This document shows, one piece after another, positions 8,229-17,636 of a DNA stretch of 64,000 nt. Under the pieces are notes generated by a model. That model searched no databases and was not told the origin of the DNA. It worked only from the letters and a program-made list of their open reading frames with translations. Position numbers and translations under genes: made by a program. Each line of letters opens with the position of its first letter. Within the stretch, counting starts at the first letter, position 1. Source of the DNA: Bdellovibrionales bacterium (GTDB lineage: Bacteria; Bdellovibrionota; Bdellovibrionia; Bdellovibrionales; JAGQZY01); assembly GCA_964230645.1 (NCBI GenBank), contig CAXRHT010000002.1, positions 224,001 through 288,000 on the forward strand. Reading direction: 5' to 3'.

Positions 8229-11200
8229 CCAAGATTTTGAAATTCATGAGTGGCTCACTAAGAGCAACTTTAGCTTTCTTATGAGCTCAGCTCATCCTCA
8301 TCAACTTATTCAGATGGCTTTGGGCTGTGGCTATAGCTCTTTATGCCTTAATGACTTTGATGGCCTTTATGGTAGCGCTCGTCTTTATAACGAGAAAAAA
8401 AGTATCTTTGAAAAAACGGGAAAAAGTATCAAGCTGAATTATGGCGCAGAGATCCACCTTCTTAGTGATCACGACAGTCCCTTATTAAAGCAGAAAACTC
8501 TTGTGTTAAATGTCTTTAATAAAAAAGGCTACACTAATTTATGTAAGCTTTTAAGTCTTTCCCATAAAGACTCAAAAACCAAGGCCTTTATTTCCTTTGA
8601 AACACTTCTTACACAAGATCTCTCTGGTCTTTTTGCCATTGTACCCATGAGAGGAGGATTTGATTTTTTCTTAAACAACGAAGAAAAGCTTAAAAAATTA
8701 AAAGAAAAGATGACGGGTGAAGTCTATTTGGCTTTAACTAAAAGTTTTCATCACTCCAGTGATCATCTTATTAAAAAGACTCTTGAGCTTTCTCAAAAAG
8801 TCGAAATTTCGCCTCTCTTTTCCCAAGATATTTTTATGAACCATCGCTCAGAAAAAGCTTTCCACGACCTACTTACAGCCATTCGAGTGAATCAAAGAGT
8901 GGATGAGTGTTTAGAACATCACCTCCCTAATGGAGAACGTTCCTTTCACTCCGCCCAACACTTTTATGAAATCTATCGACACTTCCCAAACTTCAAGAAA
9001 GTTTTCTTTCAGATGAAAGAGCTCAATGAAAAAGCTCAGTTCTGTCTTTCTTCTTTGCGCTACCATTATCCAAAAGAGTTTATCCCTGAGGGTCATTCGG
9101 CTCAGTCCTTTTTAGAGCTTAAGGCTTGGGAGGGAGCGCGTAAGCGCTACGGTGAGCATATCCCTACACCTGTTGTCACCACCATCAGTCGGGAGCTTGA
9201 TTTGATCGAAGATCTCGACTTTGCCGACTACTTTTTAACCGTTTGGGATATCGTGGCCTGGGCGAGAAGCCAAGACATTCTCTGCCAAGGAAGAGGCTCG
9301 GCCGCTAATTCATCTGTTTGTTATGCTCTCGGGATCACCTCTTGTGACCCCAGTCTCTTTGATCTTTTGTTTGAGCGCTTTGTAAGTAAGGAAAGAGGAG
9401 ATCCTCCGGATATTGATGTCGACTTTGAGCATGAGAGAAGAGAAGAGGTCATTCAGTACATTTACCGACGCTACGGCCGCAAGAAAGCCGCTATGGTGGC
9501 TAACGTTATTAGCTTTAAAAGTAAGGGCGCTTTACGAGCCGTGGGTAAGGCTTTAGGCGCCCCTGAGCCTTTATTAAAAAAGGCCTCTGATCTGTGCCGA
9601 ACGGTGGCCTTTAGAAAAGAAAGTCTTAACACTGTTATTAGTGAGGTGAAAAAGGGGAGTGAAGTCTCTCAAGCTTTTCCTTCTTTTTGGAAGTTTTGGT
9701 CCGAGTTCTCCGAAAAAATTCATGGCTTCCCTAGGCACTTGGGGCTACACTCAGGCGGCTTTATAATCTCTCAAAACCCGATTGATGAATTGGTACCAAG
9801 GGAGCCTGCCACCATGGAGGGCAGAACCGTTATTCAGTGGTGCAAAGATGATATTGAAGAACTGGGCTTTTTTAAAATTGATTGCTTAGCTCTTGGAATG
9901 CTTACAGCTTTGAGAAAAGCTTTTAAGTTGGTAAAAGATCACTATCAAGTCGACCTTGATCTTTACAACTTACCGCAAGAAGACAAGGCCACCTACCAGA
10001 TGATTCAAAAAGCCGACACCGTCGGTGTTTTTCAGATTGAATCACGGGCCCAAATGTCCATGCTTCCAAGGTTAAAGCCAAAAACTTTTTACGATTTGGT
10101 GATTGAAATCGCTATTATTCGGCCCGGTCCCATCCAAGGAAATGTCATTCATCCTTATTTAAAAAGAAGGGATGGCCTGGAGCCGATCACCTATCCTGAT
10201 GAAAGAATCAAAGATGTGCTGGCAAAAACTCTTGGGGTGATTCTTTTCCAAGAACAACTGATGAGAATAGCGATTGCATTGGGTGATTTTACCGCAGGCG
10301 AAGCCAATGAGCTGAGAAAACATATTGGTTCATGGAACTCCAAGGCTTTTAATAGAAACCTTAACCCCTATATTAATAAACTCTTTAGCGGCTTAAAAAA
10401 GAGAAACATCAATCCTAGTTTTATTAAACAGATGGTAGAGCAAATGAAAGGCTTTGCCGAATATGGTTTCCCTGAGTCCCATGCCATTTCTTTTGCTTTT
10501 ATTGCCTATGCCTCTTGTTATTTAAAGTGTCACTATCCTGCGGCCTTTTTCACTTCCGTGCTTAACTCCCAGCCCATGGGCTTTTACTCACCCCACGCTC
10601 TCTTGCAAGCGGCTAAGAGAAAAAACATTTCTATCTTACCTATTTGTGTGAATCATTCCACTTGGGATCACCAGCTTGAAGCCCTTCCCGGTAAAGAGGG
10701 GAGGCCCACCCAGTACGGTATTCGTTTAGGCTTTAGTTTGGTCTCAGGGCTTTCTAAAAAAGCTGTGGAAGCTCTTGTTAGAGTCAGAGAGGCTGAGGGT
10801 CCCTGGAAGGAGTTAAATGATTTTATCCATAGCACTCCCATTTACCGAGACGATTATTCAAGCCTTGCCGCGGCTAATGCTTTTGCTTGCTTTGGCTTAA
10901 GCCGCTTTGATGCTCTCTGGAAAGTGGAAGCCGTTCCCTATAAAGAGCTAGTGGATGTCGAGGAGCGTAAACTACAGTGGAAAAGTAAAAATAGCTTTGA
11001 AAAAGCCCAACTTGATTTCCGTGCCACGGGCACAAGTCTTGAAACTCATCCTGTACAGGTGATTCGCAAGTCTTATTGGTCTTATGAGATTGCGAGTCGT
11101 CATATTTCATTATCCTCAGAGCTTGAAAAAATGCGTACCAATGCTCATGTCCATGCCTTCGGCATGACACTCATAAAGCAAGCTCCTCCCTCGGCTAAGG

Positions 11201-11472
11201 GAATGGTTTTTATCACTCTTGAAGATGAAAAAGGTTTTATCAATCTAGCTTTTGATCCCAAAACTTATCGAAAGTTCCACCAACTCATTGAAGGCCATGG
11301 TTTTCTTTGCATTAGTGGGAAGCTACAAAAAGCCTCCAACTACCATTCTATTCTCGTGGAAAGAGTGCATCCGGAAAGACGCACTGACATTAAAGAGCTT
11401 CCTTTAGAAAAGTCGAAAGAACATCAACAGCAAGGTCTTAAGTTAAAACTTAAGCCTCGTAACTATTTTTAG
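8218..11472 (+). CDS. dnaE2: Error-prone DNA polymerase III alpha (DnaE2/ImuC)
   Basis: SNFSFL..S.HP PHP start, CQGRGSAANS, PPDIDVDFEHERREEVIQY, FPRHLGLHSGG, YGFPESHA, NSQPMGFY and FITLEDE motifs; start ATG 8218 after AAGGAG. Confidence 0.95.
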   Translation: MATSQDFEIHEWLTKSNFSFLMSSAHPHQLIQMALGCGYSSLCLNDFDGLYGSARLYNEKKSIFEKTGKSIKLNYGAEIHLLSDHDSPLLKQKTLVLNVFNKKGYTNLCKLLSLSHKDSKTKAFISFETLLTQDLSGLFAIVPMRGGFDFFLNNEEKLKKLKEKMTGEVYLALTKSFHHSSDHLIKKTLELSQKVEISPLFSQDIFMNHRSEKAFHDLLTAIRVNQRVDECLEHHLPNGERSFHSAQHFYEIYRHFPNFKKVFFQMKELNEKAQFCLSSLRYHYPKEFIPEGHSAQSFLELKAWEGARKRYGEHIPTPVVTTISRELDLIEDLDFADYFLTVWDIVAWARSQDILCQGRGSAANSSVCYALGITSCDPSLFDLLFERFVSKERGDPPDIDVDFEHERREEVIQYIYRRYGRKKAAMVANVISFKSKGALRAVGKALGAPEPLLKKASDLCRTVAFRKESLNTVISEVKKGSEVSQAFPSFWKFWSEFSEKIHGFPRHLGLHSGGFIISQNPIDELVPREPATMEGRTVIQWCKDDIEELGFFKIDCLALGMLTALRKAFKLVKDHYQVDLDLYNLPQEDKATYQMIQKADTVGVFQIESRAQMSMLPRLKPKTFYDLVIEIAIIRPGPIQGNVIHPYLKRRDGLEPITYPDERIKDVLAKTLGVILFQEQLMRIAIALGDFTAGEANELRKHIGSWNSKAFNRNLNPYINKLFSGLKKRNINPSFIKQMVEQMKGFAEYGFPESHAISFAFIAYASCYLKCHYPAAFFTSVLNSQPMGFYSPHALLQAAKRKNISILPICVNHSTWDHQLEALPGKEGRPTQYGIRLGFSLVSGLSKKAVEALVRVREAEGPWKELNDFIHSTPIYRDDYSSLAAANAFACFGLSRFDALWKVEAVPYKELVDVEERKLQWKSKNSFEKAQLDFRATGTSLETHPVQVIRKSYWSYEIASRHISLSSELEKMRTNAHVHAFGMTLIKQAPPSAKGMVFITLEDEKGFINLAFDPKTYRKFHQLIEGHGFLCISGKLQKASNYHSILVERVHPERRTDIKELPLEKSKEHQQQGLKLKLKPRNYF

Positions 11473-11474
11473 AT

Positions 11475-11783
11475 TGTCATTCTGAGTGTATTGTCACTAA
11501 AGCATCTTTGTCATTCTGAGCGCAGCGAAGAATCTAACACCACTAAGTTCGCGTACTATTGAAAGTCCTCAGCAATAGGTCCTTCACTTTGCTTAGGACG
11601 ACAATGGGGAGTATTTGTAATTCTATCCTGATGTCGTTCGAAACAACTTGTCATTCTGAGCGTAGCGAAGAATCTTTCGCTACTAAGTTCGCATTTTCAA
11701 TCATAGTCTTCGGTAAAAGGTCCTTCGCTACGCTCAGGACGACAGTGTCGCTTTGCTCGGGACGACAATTTGCTAGGACGACG
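11475..11783. repeat. REP/REPIN-like cluster A: two 95-96 bp units (11509-11603, 11649-11744) plus degenerate half-repeats
   Basis: TGTCATTCTGAGCG(C/T)AGCGAAGAATCT ... AGGTCCTTCGCTACGCTCAGGACGACA inverted termini. Confidence 0.9.
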
Positions 11784-11797
11784 ATATAAAGTTACGA

Positions 11798-11962
11798 TTA
11801 AACCTTGCCTCTTCGGTCCAAGCGGTAGCGTTGGATGATTCTTTTCCACGCCTTATCCGTCGCTGAAGCTTTGGTGTCGCCCTCGTGCATATAAGTGTGA
11901 ATAAGGATTTCGGCCAATCGTTTTTGATTTTCGGTAAATTCAATGGTGTCGGATAGTTTCAT
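11798..11962 (-). CDS. Small protein, 54 aa; weak resemblance to ChaB-like / 'plasmid stabilization' small proteins
   Basis: GGGAGGG RBS before ATG 11962; FTENQKRLAE....AWKRI pattern. Confidence 0.5.
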   Translation of the reverse strand: MKLSDTIEFTENQKRLAEILIHTYMHEGDTKASATDKAWKRIIQRYRLDRRGKV

Positions 11963-12116
11963 TATACCCTCCCTGGAAAAGTAGTATGCCAAAAGCCCAA
12001 TCCAAAGAAATGGTGAATATGCGAATATTTTTTGCAAGATTTTTCACATTTCGCCCCGTCCCAGCCTTTAGAGAAGCTATCAATTCTGCTCTGCCTCCCT
12101 TAATCTCTAGGGAATC

Positions 12117-13172
12117 ATGAAATGGCTTTTTTCAAAATTAGAGCTGGGAATCAATTTTCTCATCAAAAGAATCCGCACGCTTATGGGCCAAAGGGGCTCT
12201 CATGTGGTGGTGCCTTACACCGGGTACGCCAACCTTAAGCAAGTTCACCTAATGGGTCGGGTGGTCGAAGAGTTTCATCCTCATGATTTCACCAAAGATT
12301 TTAAACGAATCCAGCACTTCTACCAGGTGGTAAAGCTCTTCCTCACCTTCAAGGTTCCCCATAAAACCGTTTATATTAAAATTAACGAAGAACTCTTTGA
12401 GGCCAAAACCAATCATCAGGGTTATTTCTATAAAACAGTCACCTTAAAAACACCTCTTGACCTCAACCCTAAAGAAGAGGGACGCCACCGAGTCTACTAC
12501 TCGCTTGAGCCATTTTCGAGTGAGCCTAAGCGGGTCTGGCCGGGACGCTACAGTCTTCCTGAAGAAGATACCAAACTCTTGGTTGTCAGTGATGTGGACG
12601 ACACCATTATAAAAAGCCGCGCCACTAGCTTTTTACAAATTGCACTCAGAACACTTTTCTTTCCGGTCGATAAAAGAAAGACCTTCGATGAGGCCAGTCA
12701 GTTTTATAATGAATTACAGCAGGGGCATTATACAGGGCTTAAAGGCCTTTTCTTCTACGTTTCAAGTAGTACATGGAACATCTATCCTGTTTTATCCGGT
12801 TTTTTAGAGCACAATCAATTCCCTGAAGGCTCCCTTATTCTTAATGACAACCAAACCAAATCCCAAGTGGAAGGCTCAGAGCTCAAACATCAACACAAAA
12901 AAGATCGCATCGAAGAAATCATGAGCCTTTATCCAAACCTTAAAGTTCTCCTTATTGGAGACGCCGGCCAAGAGGACCCCAAACTCTATTTATCTTTAGC
13001 TAAAAAACATGGGAACCGCGTCTTTGCTATTTTAATTCGCGAGTCCTGGTGGCACTCCAAGTTCTCCTTGGATGAGAGTTTCCGTTTAAAGGCTAAAAAG
13101 ATGAATGTTCCTTTTTATAGTTTTCAGAGTCTGACCGAGCTTGAAGATGAACTCTCACTAGCCCGCCCTTAA
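12117..13172 (+). CDS. App1 family phosphatidate phosphatase (DUF2183)
   Basis: VSDVDDTI, FYVSSSTWN and LIGDAGQEDPKLY motifs. Confidence 0.88.
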   Translation: MKWLFSKLELGINFLIKRIRTLMGQRGSHVVVPYTGYANLKQVHLMGRVVEEFHPHDFTKDFKRIQHFYQVVKLFLTFKVPHKTVYIKINEELFEAKTNHQGYFYKTVTLKTPLDLNPKEEGRHRVYYSLEPFSSEPKRVWPGRYSLPEEDTKLLVVSDVDDTIIKSRATSFLQIALRTLFFPVDKRKTFDEASQFYNELQQGHYTGLKGLFFYVSSSTWNIYPVLSGFLEHNQFPEGSLILNDNQTKSQVEGSELKHQHKKDRIEEIMSLYPNLKVLLIGDAGQEDPKLYLSLAKKHGNRVFAILIRESWWHSKFSLDESFRLKAKKMNVPFYSFQSLTELEDELSLARP

Positions 13173-13618
13173 CGTAAAGAACTATTAAAAGCCTTGTCGG
13201 TGATCCAAAGGGGGCCGATCAACAAAAATGTTAGATCTTCAAAAAAAGAGGGTTTAGCCGCTTCATATTTGTGACCAATAAACTGTAAAAGCCACGAACC
13301 CAAAAAGATACCAATCTGTGTATAGAGTTGGGTATAGGGATCAGGATAATAACGAAAGCTAAAGACCATAATTAAACTAATGAGAACGAGTACGATGCCT
13401 AGGTTTAAATTGAGCCTCAGATAGAAAAAACCACAAAGAGCCACTAAAAGGTAGGCCAAAGAAAAAGGAAGATTTAAAAAGGGTTCTTTAGAAAACACAT
13501 CAAATAAACCCAAAGTAGAATAGGTAATTAGGGGAACACAAAAATAATGAATCCATTTATTGCCCGGGTGTTGGTGGTTGTGGGCGTATTCCGATAACCA
13601 CTGATCAAGGTTTTTCAT
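13169..13618 (-). CDS. DUF962/Mpo1-like membrane protein
   Basis: YAHNHQHPGNKWIHYFCVP and QFIGHKYEAAKPSFFEDL motifs. Confidence 0.88.
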   Translation of the reverse strand: MKNLDQWLSEYAHNHQHPGNKWIHYFCVPLITYSTLGLFDVFSKEPFLNLPFSLAYLLVALCGFFYLRLNLNLGIVLVLISLIMVFSFRYYPDPYTQLYTQIGIFLGSWLLQFIGHKYEAAKPSFFEDLTFLLIGPLWITDKAFNSSLR

Positions 13619-13750
13619 ATTTTATCTATTCCACAAAGGCATTTTAGACACAAGCAAAACACAAGCTTTGCGAAAACTTGACCATTTTTTGGTTTCAGAC
13701 CGTGAAATTTTGACTTTGTAGGGGAGGGGAGGATAGCCATTGCCCCATAA

Positions 13751-14055
13751 TGTCGTCCAAAGCGTAGTCCACTGTCATCCAGGGCTTAGCTCCACTGTCG
13801 TCTAAAGAGTAGTGACACTGTCGTCCTGAGCGTAGCGAAGGACCTTTACCGAGGACTACGTTTTAAAACGCAAACTTAGTGGCGATAGATTCTTCGCTAC
13901 GCTTAGAATGACAGTAGGCTCAGAATGACATTTCACTCTACATTGTCGTCCTGAGCGCAGCGAAGGACCTTTGCCGAGAACTACGTTTTAAGACGCAAAC
14001 TTGGTGGCAATAGATTCTTCGCTACGCTCAGAATGACAGTAGAATCAGAATGAAA
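13751..14055. repeat. REP/REPIN-like cluster B: two 95-bp units (13819-13913, 13944-14038) plus 22-23 bp tandem half-repeats
   Basis: Reverse-complement homologues of the cluster A units, including the internal spacer. Confidence 0.9.
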
Positions 14056-14067
14056 GTTCACTCAGCC

Positions 14068-16029
14068 TCAAAAGTTATCCGGACGCATAGGGGGAAGAGG
14101 ATCAGTGGGTGGATTCACCGTGGGAATCCCGACAGAGTCATCATTGTCATCACCCTCCTCTTCTTCACCCAAATCTATGCCAGGATAGTTGATTGCAAGT
14201 TTTGGGAGTCCTGGACAAAGCTTTTGTTCATCGACTTTAAAAATTAAATCAATAGCTAAATTAAAAAAGCTTTTTTCGCCTTCGTAACCATGACCATTTT
14301 CTAAATGGTAGGCGATTTCAGAAGGCCTTTTTAAAAGGTTCTCATTATCTCCCTGCATGAGAACAGCTGAACGTAAATGAGTCCCATTTCCAAAAGCATC
14401 TTCTTCATCTTGGTGGACAATGTGGCAAGCATTGATCGCTGCAATACCGTGATCGGCTAGGGACTGGATTTCTCCGTATTCGCTGACACCGTTGCGGTTT
14501 TCATCCACCCAGATTTTGAGTTGATTGTCGTAGATGTCTTTATCCCAGGGACCTATGTATCGATTGCGAACGTTTGAACTCTCGCAATCTTTTCCGGCAT
14601 AAACTCTTAAGGCCTCAAAACCGTTTTCATAAGTCTTACCAGCCACCATCATGTTATCTCCAAACATTTGGGTGGAGCTTCGAACCTGGCCTTGGTCATC
14701 CGGAAGGACTAAAAATCCATCAGATGATTTCAATCGAACATCGAGGTTCACACGAGGGTCAGGATTCACACCTTGGTTGTAATCCTGGTAATCTCCACCG
14801 ATCCAAGCTGTACGATGAGCCTGACCTTGACCTTTATCATCGTCTTCAAGGGCTGCCATATTAAAATAGGTTCCCCAGCGCACACTAGAGGTTTTAACTC
14901 CATTGCCATCAAGGTCAATCACAATGGGTGTGTATTGTGATGAAAGAAGAGTTCCGTCCACGTCATGGGAAAGAATATTGTTAACCAACTGAACAGCGCC
15001 TTGAATCGGGTCGAACTGATAACCATTGACTGTTTCAGGAAGACTAAGATTTTTAGTCACATCATAATAGTTTTTATGAACCTCACAGACGTTAAGGATA
15101 TTATCAATGGAGGAGTCGATCTCAACTCCTCGGGTGGTGTCTTCTGAGAGTCTCACAATATCGTGTTTCATTTGTTCTGACCTAAGATCAGCCATATAGA
15201 GTTTTATGATTTGCGGTTCGCCATTCTCTAACGAGGGAACCGGCTGAAATAAACGGTTGGCGTATTCTCCAGCAAAGGCCTGATCAGATGCACAGCGGCC
15301 GACCTTACAGTAACCAATGTACATATAGTGAACCATATGCCGAATCAAGTTCACCTTGCTTTTTGTGTTCTTTTTCTTTCTTAACAGATCGGCCATAGCA
15401 GGAATATCAGACTCGTCCACATCAATAAAATCAAAGTAGCCTCCTTTAACAACCAAACTTTGAGGATCGACTTTTAGAGTGCTAAAAAAACAGCGCTCAC
15501 CCGTGCGGTACTGCCTGGCCACCTCGGTATTATCGACCGGGTAATAAGCGTTTTTACCAGAAGCAAATTTATTACTCTTTTTTCCAGCCACAGGGATATA
15601 ACTGACACCCCCGTTGGTTTCACTTAAAACCGCTCTTTGGTTGGCATACTTTGCGAGAACATCATGTTTTTTCCCAAAGGAATAAGAAAATTTAACAGGA
15701 ACAGTGGAACCAGTAGGATCAGCGGCCGCTTCATTTAAGGCCATTTGTTTTTCCATTTCATAAAGACCTGGAGTGGTGCAATCTCGCACCGGAATTTCGA
15801 TGGCTTCTGAGATTTGATCGACATGAAAAGGGCGCGAAGGGGGGATTGCGTCTAAGCTGGAATGAACATCACCCACGTGATCGTGAACATTGAAGGTTTG
15901 ACTTAAAGCTGTTGATTGTAAAGCTCTCTGTTCGGTTAGACTCGTACTTTTACCCTGACTACAAGCACTGACTATAAAAGGAAAACTTAAAAAGAATAGG
16001 GCCTTAGAAAAAGACTTTAAATCTGACAT
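14068..16029 (-). CDS. Lipoprotein with C-terminal Ca-binding module resembling the FrpC self-processing module
   Basis: Lipobox IVSAC; TPIVIDLDGNGV, DGFLVL, NGFEAL and IWVDENRNGVS motifs; start ATG 16029 after GAGGAG. Confidence 0.65.
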   Translation of the reverse strand: MSDLKSFSKALFFLSFPFIVSACSQGKSTSLTEQRALQSTALSQTFNVHDHVGDVHSSLDAIPPSRPFHVDQISEAIEIPVRDCTTPGLYEMEKQMALNEAAADPTGSTVPVKFSYSFGKKHDVLAKYANQRAVLSETNGGVSYIPVAGKKSNKFASGKNAYYPVDNTEVARQYRTGERCFFSTLKVDPQSLVVKGGYFDFIDVDESDIPAMADLLRKKKNTKSKVNLIRHMVHYMYIGYCKVGRCASDQAFAGEYANRLFQPVPSLENGEPQIIKLYMADLRSEQMKHDIVRLSEDTTRGVEIDSSIDNILNVCEVHKNYYDVTKNLSLPETVNGYQFDPIQGAVQLVNNILSHDVDGTLLSSQYTPIVIDLDGNGVKTSSVRWGTYFNMAALEDDDKGQGQAHRTAWIGGDYQDYNQGVNPDPRVNLDVRLKSSDGFLVLPDDQGQVRSSTQMFGDNMMVAGKTYENGFEALRVYAGKDCESSNVRNRYIGPWDKDIYDNQLKIWVDENRNGVSEYGEIQSLADHGIAAINACHIVHQDEEDAFGNGTHLRSAVLMQGDNENLLKRPSEIAYHLENGHGYEGEKSFFNLAIDLIFKVDEQKLCPGLPKLAINYPGIDLGEEEEGDDNDDSVGIPTVNPPTDPLPPMRPDNF

Positions 16030-16383
16030 TGACTCACTCCTCACGCAACTGAAGTTCTACTTTGTTGAGGTTTTTCTACTGACTTATTCAATCGCAATAT
16101 TTGAACCTTCACACCTATCGACCTTGGTCTGGAGCGAGTGTAAAAATAAACTAAAAATCGCCTAAATTTGCGCCAGTTTGATTCGAAAATAACGACTTTG
16201 CTCAGGAATTTACCAAAAAAAAGAGAAAAGAAACGAACACTCTCAAGCCATTTAAAATTCCCAAATGTCCCTGAGGTTTTAGCGCGTCTTATCTTGAGAT
16301 TTTATTTTCGTGGGCCCTAAAGAAAAAACGAGTCTTTTTTCAACCTCAGTCGTTATACTTTAAAGACATAAAAGGGAGGACCC

Positions 16384-16674
16384 ATGAGAGGTTTTTTGAA
16401 ACTTGTAGTGCTTTTGCTTTTAAATATTAGTTTCCTTGCTTCAACGGCTTTCGCCGATCAAGGCGACCGACAGGCTCGCCAACAAAATCGTAAAGAGAAC
16501 AGAGCGGAAAGACAAGACAATCGCCAGGAGAGAAGAGTGAACCGCCAAGAACGCCGATCGGAGCGCCGTGACGCGAGAAAAGTGCGTCGCGCCAGCCGCA
16601 AAGATCGACGCGGAGCTAGGCAGGATCAACGCAGTCAAAGGCGAAGTGATCGACAACAAAAACGTCAGAAATAG
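16384..16674 (+). CDS. Small secreted Arg/Gln-rich repeat protein
   Basis: AGGGAGGA RBS, signal peptide ending AFA, approximately 7-residue R-rich repeats. Confidence 0.75.
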   Translation: MRGFLKLVVLLLLNISFLASTAFADQGDRQARQQNRKENRAERQDNRQERRVNRQERRSERRDARKVRRASRKDRRGARQDQRSQRRSDRQQKRQK

Positions 16675-16680
16675 GTTTCT

Positions 16681-16880
16681 ATGTGGTCTTTTGGGAAGAC
16701 ATGTCTTTTTGAGTGAGGACATGTCTTCTTGAGCAAAAACATGTCGTCTTGAGCGCAGCGAAAGACCTAAGATCCTTCGCTTCGCTCAGGATGACAATAA
16801 CTTCGCTCAAGATGACAATTGCGTTGCTCAGGATGACAATGCATAACGCCCAGGAGAACAATGGATAACGCTCAGGAGGC
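16681..16880. repeat. REP-like cluster C: one compact REP pair flanked by 20-bp (left) and 21-22 bp (right) decaying tandem half-repeats
   Basis: ATGT...GAC/AAC units at 16681, 16701, 16721 and 16741; GCTCAGGATGACAAT copies to the right. Confidence 0.88.
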
Positions 16881-16924
16881 GGGGCCTTTTATTTTTCTCG
16901 CTCAAAAGATCGGGCTATGCTAGT

Positions 16925-17356
16925 GTGAAATCACACTTGAAGGCGGCCCCTATGATTCGAAGTTTTTTAGTCTCATTGATTTTGTTTCTAGTCCTTGATT
17001 GGCTTTGGTTCACGGTATTTATGAAGAAGTTTGCTCTTGAACAACTTCGTCCGATCTTAAAACTCAATGCCGATGGTTCCATGAATGCCAATATGGTCGC
17101 AGCCGCTGGAGCCTATCTCTGCATGACCATCATAGTAACTTTGTTTTTAGAGAGTAAACTCACCGGTCCGTTCTTCTGGCAAGGCTTCTTTTATTCGGCC
17201 GCCATGGGATTTTTAGTCTTCGCGATTTTTGATTTCACCAATCTCGCTCTATTTAAAAGCTACCCGGTGAGCTTTGTGATCACAGATATCCTTTGGGGTA
17301 CTTTTCTTTTCTCAGTCGTTGGATTTTGCCTTAAGCTTTCAAAACAGGTGGCTTAG
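16925..17356 (+). CDS. DUF2177 family membrane protein
   Basis: LDWLW, FAIFDFTNLA and DILWGT motifs; real start may be ATG 16952. Confidence 0.8.
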   Translation: MKSHLKAAPMIRSFLVSLILFLVLDWLWFTVFMKKFALEQLRPILKLNADGSMNANMVAAAGAYLCMTIIVTLFLESKLTGPFFWQGFFYSAAMGFLVFAIFDFTNLALFKSYPVSFVITDILWGTFLFSVVGFCLKLSKQVA

Positions 17357-17549
17357 ATCCTTAAAAAGGGGAGTTTAGCCAATCCATCCCACTAAAGTGT
17401 GTTAATTTGATTTTCATATCCAATTTGGTGCTAGCTGCCGGATTTTTTTGGGGCCAAAAATCATAAATGGCCTGATTTTCAGGCAAAATTTACGACTCCT
17501 AGACATAAAATACTGTGCATTTCCAGGCACTTGAAGAATTTCCTCTTAT

Positions 17550-17617
17550 TTTTAAACAAACGTTTGATTTTGTTTTACATCCCATTCAGTCTCTGTTAAT
17601 TTTAAACAAACGTTTGA
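17550..17617 (+). promoter_or_regulatory. Two copies of a TetR-type operator TTTTAAACAAACGTTTGA (17550-17567, 17600-17617)
   Basis: Identical 18-mers 50 bp apart; imperfect palindrome TTAAAC-N4-GTTTGA upstream of an operon ending in tetR. Confidence 0.75.
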
Positions 17618-17636
17618 ATAATGTAGGAGTTGAAAT

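Noticed and set aside
11559..11789. Track ORFs over repeat clusters (11559-11789, 16679-16861, 23397-23600, 23424-23657)
   Set aside because: They are translations of REP sequence (CHSERSEES, VILSEAKDL, SFATLRTT) with no RBS support.
16681..16880. CRISPR array suggested by regularly spaced short repeats (also 23332-23544)
   Set aside because: Period is only 20-23 bp with 6-10 nt spacers, the repeats flip orientation around a REP core, and no cas genes are present.
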